The notes beneath the pieces are model-generated. The model was not told the origin of the DNA, ran no database searches, and saw only the letters and a program-made list of their open reading frames with translations. A DNA stretch of 32,804 nt. Source: Candidatus Aenigmarchaeota archaeon CG_4_9_14_3_um_filter_37_18. GTDB lineage: Archaea > Aenigmatarchaeota > Aenigmatarchaeia > CG10238-14. Shown here piece after piece: positions 27,121-32,804 of the stretch (the first letter of the stretch is position 1; each line of letters opens with the position of its first letter). A program made the position numbers and the translations under genes. Location: assembly GCA_002789635.1 (NCBI GenBank), contig PFTQ01000061.1, positions 1 through 32,804 on the forward strand, read 5' to 3'.

Positions 27121-27999
27121 ATGGGAATAATAATCCAAAAAATGATGGGATGGGTTTTTATAGTAGGTCTCCTAATCTTTTTTTCCGGCTTAAGTAGCTT
27201 AAATTTAGCTGAAAAATTACTTGCTTTTTTTGTGATAATTTCAATAGGCTTATTCGCTCTTCGATTAATCACAAAGGATCTCATACCAAGGGATAAGCTG
27301 GAAATGGAAATTAAGAAAGTTGACGAGCTTAAATCAGATGCTATAAGGGATGTCTCACATGAATTCAGAAACAATATCTCTTTCATTTTCAATGCTGTCG
27401 GCTTGCTAAAAGATGAAGTTGAAAAATCCAGTCCTGACAAAAGAAGAATAAGAGAACTCTTTAACACGATATCCATGTATTCCAGAAGGTTTGAAAGCCA
27501 AATATCCTCTATCCTGCAGTTCGGGATGCTTGAAAGAATGGAAGATACAGAAAAGGAGAAAGTGGATGTCCCAGCTATTATTAATAATGTTGTGAAGGAG
27601 CACGGGGAAGTTGCCAAAGAAAAAGGATTGAAGATAATAACTAAAATCGAAAAGGTTCCTTACATGCTTGGAAATTCTGAATTAATAAGGACACTAGTCA
27701 GGAACTTGGTGAGCAATGCAGTTAAATTCACTGATAAAGGCTGTGTCAGGATCGCCTGCAAAAAACAGGATAATGATATGATGATATTGGTTGAAGATAC
27801 TGGGGTGGGAATAAAGAAAGAGAATATTGAAAAATTATTCAGGCCATACTCAAAGCTTGACCCGCTCAAGGATGGGATTGGCGTCGGCTTGGTGATATGC
27901 AAAAAGATTGTTAACCTCCATAAAGGAACGATTAAGGTTGAATCAAAACTTGGAAAGGGGACTAAGTTTACCATTCTAATACCGATTAGGGCTTGCTGA
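27121..27999 (+). CDS. Class I sensor histidine kinase (2 TM, HisKA, HATPase_c)
   Basis: H box DVSHEFRN, N box NLVSNAVKFT, G1 EDTGVGI, F box LFRPY, G2 GIGVGL. Confidence 0.95.
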   Translation: MGIIIQKMMGWVFIVGLLIFFSGLSSLNLAEKLLAFFVIISIGLFALRLITKDLIPRDKLEMEIKKVDELKSDAIRDVSHEFRNNISFIFNAVGLLKDEVEKSSPDKRRIRELFNTISMYSRRFESQISSILQFGMLERMEDTEKEKVDVPAIINNVVKEHGEVAKEKGLKIITKIEKVPYMLGNSELIRTLVRNLVSNAVKFTDKGCVRIACKKQDNDMMILVEDTGVGIKKENIEKLFRPYSKLDPLKDGIGVGLVICKKIVNLHKGTIKVESKLGKGTKFTILIPIRAC

Positions 28000-28044
28000 A
28001 TAGGATAATAGATATTTATTTTAAGAATCCCAATATTCTAAAAT

Positions 28045-28410
28045 ATGGTAAAAATACTGATGGTAGAGGACTCTGCTTTTGAGAGGGAGGGAATCAAAAA
28101 TTTCCTGAGGAAATATAATTATATAGACGTAATTGAAGCAGTTGACGGGTATGAAGGGGTCAAAAAATACAAGGAGCAAAAGCCTGATTTAGTTTTATTG
28201 GATTTGAAGCTTCCTGGAATGATGAATGGCTTTGATGTTTTCAGGGAGATCAGAAAAATAAACCCTTCTGCTAAATGCATAGTTGTGAGCATCAACAGGT
28301 CAGACGATATAATAAAGAAAGCCATGGAGATGGGGATAAATTATTACATTGACAAGCCAGTCACAGAATCGAAGCTTATACCTGTTATAAAAGAGGTGCT
28401 TGGGAAATGA
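28045..28410 (+). CDS. Single-domain CheY-like response regulator 1
   Basis: VEDS, PDLVLLD phospho-Asp, VVS, YIDKP. Confidence 0.93.
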   Translation: MVKILMVEDSAFEREGIKNFLRKYNYIDVIEAVDGYEGVKKYKEQKPDLVLLDLKLPGMMNGFDVFREIRKINPSAKCIVVSINRSDDIIKKAMEMGINYYIDKPVTESKLIPVIKEVLGK

Positions 28411-28766
28411 AAAAAATACTGATTGCCGACGACTCCTTTTTTGTAAAGAAATCCTTGACAGATATTTTAAACCATGCCGGCTATAAAAATATAATCACGG
28501 CTTCTGACGGAGCTGAGGCGATTGAAAAATACATAAAAGAAAAGCCTGACCTTATTTTTTTGGATATTATAATGGATAAAAAAAATGGGATTGAAGTCCT
28601 TGAAGAAATCAGGGAAGAAGACACTGAAACCCGTGTGGTGATGCTGACAATAATTGGGCAGAGGGAAATTTTAAGCAGGGTCTTAGCTCTTGGAGTTTCA
28701 GAATATATTGTGAAGCCTTTCAACGAGGAGAGAATCCTGTCTGTCGTAAAAAAAATTCTTGAATAA
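28407..28766 (+). CDS. Single-domain CheY-like response regulator 2
   Basis: IADDS, PDLIFLD, MLT, YIVKPF; ATGA overlap. Confidence 0.93.
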   Translation: MKKILIADDSFFVKKSLTDILNHAGYKNIITASDGAEAIEKYIKEKPDLIFLDIIMDKKNGIEVLEEIREEDTETRVVMLTIIGQREILSRVLALGVSEYIVKPFNEERILSVVKKILE

Positions 28767-29421
28767 AGTGGTATTTTTGGCTGAGATAAACAAGCAATTC
28801 CTTGAAGAAAGCAAAATGAAAGAAATCATCACCAAGAGCGCAGAAGATATGATAGAATCATTGTCAACAATCATGAACAAAAAACTGAATATAATTAGCG
28901 TGGATATTCTTGACTTGAGATTGGAAGATGTAATTCAAAAAATTGGAAAGCCTGATGATATGCATGGATGCATTCAGGTGGAAATCTTCGGAAAATCTGA
29001 GATAAAGAATTCAATGCTGGGTCATTTCCTGCTGCTTATGGATCATGAAAGCATGAAAAAATTCATATCTCTTGCCGGAAGAGAAGAATCTGATGGGTTT
29101 AAAAAACACCTAGACTTTTTCAGGGAGGTTGGGAATATAACCTCCGGATCTTTTTTGAGATTAATTTCTGAGTCGCTTAAATTCGAGTTCAGGGAGTCGC
29201 TGCCAGATTTTTGCTATGACATGCTTGGATCTTGCATGGACTCAGTCTTATGCTCGATTGCTGCTACATCAGAGAAAAGCCTGATTTTTAAAGCTGTTAT
29301 AGGAATGGATGGCTTGAAAATGAATGCAATGCTGCTGTTTTATCCGGATATTTATAATTTGATTGATTTAGTGAGGGAGTCAAGTAAACAACCCACGTTT
29401 AAAAACGGAGGCTTTCCATAG
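28759..29421 (+). CDS. cheC: CheC-family phosphatase (C-terminus altered by IS; start uncertain)
   Basis: DFFREVGNI...S.P (D-x3-E-x2-N-x22-P), DMLGS, LL.YPD; context between receivers and cheD. Confidence 0.82.
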   Translation: MNKVVFLAEINKQFLEESKMKEIITKSAEDMIESLSTIMNKKLNIISVDILDLRLEDVIQKIGKPDDMHGCIQVEIFGKSEIKNSMLGHFLLLMDHESMKKFISLAGREESDGFKKHLDFFREVGNITSGSFLRLISESLKFEFRESLPDFCYDMLGSCMDSVLCSIAATSEKSLIFKAVIGMDGLKMNAMLLFYPDIYNLIDLVRESSKQPTFKNGGFP

Positions 29422-30751
29422 GTGATTCAAAATGTTGCACAGCAATTTTAAAACCAACCGCATCTGGACGGAAGAGCAAGTTTACTTTTGCTCCAGTCTT
29501 GGAACCCTGGATAGAACTCAAGTTAGTGAGACTGTGAGTAATGTTCCGCTCCAAGACAGATTTTATAGCAATAGCCAAAGAGGCTTTTCTGTCGCTATTC
29601 ACGACCTGACCACACTTCCTGCATTTATACAAAACATAATTCACCGAACTATGCCCATTATTGATTTCACCGCATTTGTAGCACCACTTGGAAGTGTGAT
29701 AAGGATCAACCTCGTGAACAGGAACTTGAAACATTTCAGAATTAGATTTAAGGAATTCTGTGAATTTACCATAAGGAATTATGTTGATTTTTTTGTTAGC
29801 TTTTTTGTTGAATTGGCCTCTTCTGCCTTTCAAATTCTTAAGCTTTTCAACAGAAATATAGGCGTTGTAAGATTTGGCAAGATTAATAATTTCTTTTGCA
29901 ATTTGACCGCTTCTTGTTTTAACAAAATTAAATTGTTTGTGTTTAAGCCTTCTCAAACTCTTTTTGGCTCTATCAGAACCCTTATCAGCAAGGCTTTTGA
30001 GATAATCTCTCCTTTTTGTATATTTTCTTTGCCTAAAAGCAACATCACGACCAAAATAGAGCTGTTTAACTACTTTGGAGTTTTCAATGTCAAAAACAGA
30101 AACAGCAGCAAGAGTAGAAGAGCCAATATCAACACCTACAACATATTTTTGGTCGATTGTTTTTTTAGCAAATTCTTTTTCGAGAACTACAGAAATTCTA
30201 CCATCCATCAAAAGAGAAATGTTGTCAAAACTCCAGCCATCTTTAAGAAACATTTGAAATCTTTGAAATTGCTTGTCAGTCTTGACAGGAAGAACAAAAG
30301 TCTTTTTAGGGGAATAAGTAACCTTAAAGCATGGATTTCCTCTTTCAGTCTCAATAAACTTAAACCATCTTTTGTTAAGCCTGATAGAGCATTTAGTGAA
30401 TTTACAACCTTTACTAAGAATATCTTTTCTGCTTTTCCAGATATCTTTTCTAGCTTCTTGAACAATATCGCTTGGAAGGAAGGAGGTTTGTCTTATGTTT
30501 GAATATGTCAGATGGTGTAGATGCGTAGCTGAAAGTGCTAAAGGCAAATCTAAACAGTGCTGGTCAAGAACTTTCAAATATTCGGAAAAGAAACTGTTAA
30601 ATATATTAGACTTATTTCTTGTTAATTCTAAATTATTTAAAACTATGCACTTTCTCACAATCTCACTACTATTGATTAGGAGCAGGCATTCTAATAGTTT
30701 GCCGCAATTCCTCCCATGCCTAAAGAACATGGGTTTCCTTGAGGCGGTTCT
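29384..30751 (-). mobile_element. Non-autonomous IS200/IS605-family (IS1341-type) element, tnpB only
   Basis: Left-end hairpin CCCATG-N9-CATGGG after TTCAT; right end ...AAACGTGGGTTGTTTAC; no TSD; removal restores a cheC-cheD overlap. Confidence 0.85.
29399..30658 (-). CDS. tnpB: RNA-guided endonuclease TnpB
   Basis: RuvC-I VGVDIG, RuvC-II VEKL, TSKWCYKC..CRKC zinc finger, RuvC-III NSDRKAS; GTG 30658 chosen because the 30730 start lies in the left-end hairpin. Confidence 0.92.
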   Translation of the reverse strand: MRKCIVLNNLELTRNKSNIFNSFFSEYLKVLDQHCLDLPLALSATHLHHLTYSNIRQTSFLPSDIVQEARKDIWKSRKDILSKGCKFTKCSIRLNKRWFKFIETERGNPCFKVTYSPKKTFVLPVKTDKQFQRFQMFLKDGWSFDNISLLMDGRISVVLEKEFAKKTIDQKYVVGVDIGSSTLAAVSVFDIENSKVVKQLYFGRDVAFRQRKYTKRRDYLKSLADKGSDRAKKSLRRLKHKQFNFVKTRSGQIAKEIINLAKSYNAYISVEKLKNLKGRRGQFNKKANKKINIIPYGKFTEFLKSNSEMFQVPVHEVDPYHTSKWCYKCGEINNGHSSVNYVLYKCRKCGQVVNSDRKASLAIAIKSVLERNITHSLTNLSSIQGSKTGAKVNLLFRPDAVGFKIAVQHFESPMESLRF

Positions 30752-31225
30752 ATGAATAAAATAGAGTTAAAGATGGGGGAATCAGTGGTTGTGAAGGAGC
30801 CCTCGGATATTGAGTTCAAGGGGTTGGGAAATTCCATAATTGTCTGCATGTTCGAGGATTACTCGAGAATAGGGGCTATGGGCCATATAATGATTCCCAC
30901 TCAGAGTTCTGCTTATAAGGAAGCCCCTTTCAGGCATGGCAGCAAGGCTATACAATATATGGTTGATAAAATAGAAAATTTAGGCGGGATCAGGCGGAGA
31001 ATTCAAGCCAAGATAATCGGGGGCGCTGTTTTATTCAAGAGATTCCCAGAAGCCGGCAGCAATGGAGAAAAAATAATTGCATTTGTTAAAAAAAGGCTGG
31101 CGGAGAAGAAGATATCTGTGGCTGCTGCGGATGTGGGCGGGGATTGCGGCAGGTCTGTGAAATTTGACAGCGAGACCGGCAAGGTTACTGTTAAAAAGAG
31201 CAATGGCGAGGTATTAGAGATTTAG
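30752..31225 (+). CDS. cheD: CheD-family protein with catalytic Cys replaced by Ser
   Basis: V.MGE-like start, GLGNS (canonical LGSC), GHIMIP, AKIIGGA.LF, DVGG..GR.V.F...TG.V.V. Confidence 0.9.
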   Translation: MNKIELKMGESVVVKEPSDIEFKGLGNSIIVCMFEDYSRIGAMGHIMIPTQSSAYKEAPFRHGSKAIQYMVDKIENLGGIRRRIQAKIIGGAVLFKRFPEAGSNGEKIIAFVKKRLAEKKISVAAADVGGDCGRSVKFDSETGKVTVKKSNGEVLEI

Positions 31226-31319
31226 CCTATTTTTCCTATAAGCAACTGGTATAAATCAAAAACATGGCTTGACAGCTTTGTAGAAAAAGTAGATTTTTAG
31301 GGTCATTTTTTCTACAACC

Positions 31320-31336
31320 GACAGACTTTTTCTGTC
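31320..31336. promoter_or_regulatory. Inverted repeat GACAGA-N5-TCTGTC, possible operator
   Basis: Perfect 6-bp IR 4 nt upstream of TTATAT (31341-31346) preceding the RM operon. Confidence 0.35.
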
Positions 31337-31365
31337 TTGGTTATATGGCTTGTCTTGGCAATTTC

Positions 31366-31503
31366 ATGGCTGAAATAATAATCAAGAAAAAAGGCTTCAA
31401 ATGCGAAAGATGCGGGCATGAGTGGCTTCCCAGAAACGATGAAAAGCCGACAGTATGCCCTAAATGCAAAAGCCCTTATTGGAATAAACCTAAAAGTAAA
31501 TAG
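31366..31503 (+). CDS. 45-aa zinc-ribbon protein
   Basis: Hand translation MAEIIIKKKGFKCERCGHEWLPRNDEKPTVCPKCKSPYWNKPKSK; two CxxC. Confidence 0.75.
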   Translation: MAEIIIKKKGFKCERCGHEWLPRNDEKPTVCPKCKSPYWNKPKSK

Positions 31504-31537
31504 ATAAAAAACCAATTAAAATATAAGGGGATTTATC

Positions 31538-32398
31538 ATGGCTAAAAATATCTTAAGTCCAATTAATAATATTGTTTCATTTGGGTCTTTTGATCTAAAA
31601 AATTATGCATCAACATATCTAATACGAATAAATGCTGTTGGCGAGCAGCTAGAGTTTTTTGTGAAGGATGCTATTGCAGACTCGTTAAAACTACCCCAAG
31701 ATAAAAAAGAAGATGCTTATTCAAAGGCATTTTCTTATTTAGGAAATCAAAATAACCCGCCAGATATGATTATTAAAGGCAGCGATGCTTTTGAAATAAA
31801 GAAAATAGAAAATCAAAAATCTTCACTGGCATTAAATAGTTCCCCACCGAAAAATAAGCTTTTATTTAGCGATGCTAGGATAACAAATGCTTGCAGGGAT
31901 TGTGAGCCTGATAAATGGGAAGAGAAAGACTTATTTTATGTTATTGGTCATGTTGTAGGAGGGAAGATAAAACACTTGTTTTTCATGCAAGGGACATGTT
32001 ATGCAGCAGACCATAATATTTACGATAAAGTCCACAGCCCTATAAAGAAAAAAGTCGATTCCATTATAGGCTTTCTTGGCTTAGAAAAAGGAGAAACTGT
32101 TGAAATTGGAAAAGTCAAAAGAGTAGACCCTTTAGGAATTACAGAACTGAGGATAAGAGGCATGTGGCAAATACAAAACCCGCTAAAAGTATATGGAGAT
32201 CTCTGTAAGGTGGAAGATAATGATAAATTCCATTTGTTCGCATTGATGAGAAAAGAGAAATACGACTCATTTTCAAAAGAAGATAGCAACAAACTGGAAG
32301 CAAATAAAGACATCTCTATTAAAGACGTAAAAATAAAAGACCCAAACAATCCTTCAAAACTCGCCGAGGCAAAGCTAATATCATTTAAGGGGAGGTAA
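31538..32398 (+). CDS. Type II restriction endonuclease, NgoPII family
   Basis: FSYLGNQNNPPD....DAFEIKKIE....ALNSS.PK, VDPLGIT.LRIRGMW.I.NP; directly upstream of a C5 MTase. Confidence 0.85.
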   Translation: MAKNILSPINNIVSFGSFDLKNYASTYLIRINAVGEQLEFFVKDAIADSLKLPQDKKEDAYSKAFSYLGNQNNPPDMIIKGSDAFEIKKIENQKSSLALNSSPPKNKLLFSDARITNACRDCEPDKWEEKDLFYVIGHVVGGKIKHLFFMQGTCYAADHNIYDKVHSPIKKKVDSIIGFLGLEKGETVEIGKVKRVDPLGITELRIRGMWQIQNPLKVYGDLCKVEDNDKFHLFALMRKEKYDSFSKEDSNKLEANKDISIKDVKIKDPNNPSKLAEAKLISFKGR

Positions 32399-32400
32399 AT

Positions 32401-32804
32401 ATGAAAATAGCGTCATTTTTTTCTGGGGCTGGTGGGCTAGACTTAGGGTTTACTAATGCTGGCTTTGAGATAGCATACGCTAATGATAATTGGGAAAGCT
32501 GTTGGGAGACATTTGAAAAAAACCATGGGATAAAAATAGACAAAAGGTCTATTGTAGATGTTAAACCAGAAGAAATTCCAGATGCTGTAGGATTCGTGGG
32601 AGGTCCGCCATGCCAAAGCTGGAGCTTAGCTGGAGCGATGAAAGGAATCAATGACCCAAGAGGGAAGCTTTTTTGGAATTATGTTGAAATGATAGAAAAA
32701 AAACAGCCATTGTTTTTTTTAGCTGAAAATGTGCCAGGCATACTTTCCCCAAAACATAAGCCAGAATTTATGAAATTGGTAAAAAAATTCTGGAATATTG
32801 GATA
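32401..32804 (+). CDS. DNA (cytosine-5)-methyltransferase, M.HaeIII-like (3' truncated by window)
   Basis: MKIASFFSGAGGLDLGF, GGPPCQSWS, DPRGKLF, AENV; GGAGGT SD; absent from ORF track because it has no stop in the window. Confidence 0.93.
   Translation, partial: MKIASFFSGAGGLDLGFTNAGFEIAYANDNWESCWETFEKNHGIKIDKRSIVDVKPEEIPDAVGFVGGPPCQSWSLAGAMKGINDPRGKLFWNYVEMIEKKQPLFFLAENVPGILSPKHKPEFMKLVKKFWNIG

Noticed and set aside
27121-27999. Calling the kinase CheA
   Set aside because: Has TMs and an HisKA H box, and lacks Hpt and CheW-like domains
29432-30502. 356-aa ORF on + strand
   Set aside because: Fully antisense to tnpB with no recognisable motifs; shadow ORF
29399-30730. Cas12f/Cas14 CRISPR effector
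   Set aside because: No repeat-spacer array or cas genes seen; IS200/IS605-type ends flank the gene
31312-31515. 67-aa minus-strand ORF
   Set aside because: Antisense to the zinc-ribbon ORF, which has clear motifs and operon context

Overview
Low-GC archaeal chromosomal segment; the fused PriS-PriL primase, Gins51, rpl44e/rps27e/rps17e and a two-intron tRNA point to a DPANN-type archaeon (inference). Housekeeping genes (primase-GINS-r-protein cluster, porC/D/A, ADP-forming acetyl-CoA synthetase beta, DedA, tRNA-Gln(CTG)) are interspersed with accessory cassettes: a frameshifted IS630, a Zn-ribbon/HTH/PD-(D/E)XK gene, six tiny hydrophobic ORFs, four putative toxin-antitoxin pairs plus a HicB remnant, a C5 methyltransferase beside a vsr deletion scar, an NgoPII-type RM system and a candidate box C/D sRNA. 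The most notable locus is 18.5-31.2 kb. A class I membrane histidine kinase heads an operon with two CheY-like receivers, a CheC with one intact site and a CheD whose catalytic Cys is replaced by Ser, with no cheA/cheW/MCP/cheR/cheB in the window. It is divergent from a three-gene operon (coiled-coil/wHTH protein, 1897-aa surface glycoprotein, coiled-coil protein) whose products share one helical-hairpin motif. A tnpB-only IS200/IS605 element sits exactly at the cheC-cheD junction. All calls are by eye; no searches were run.
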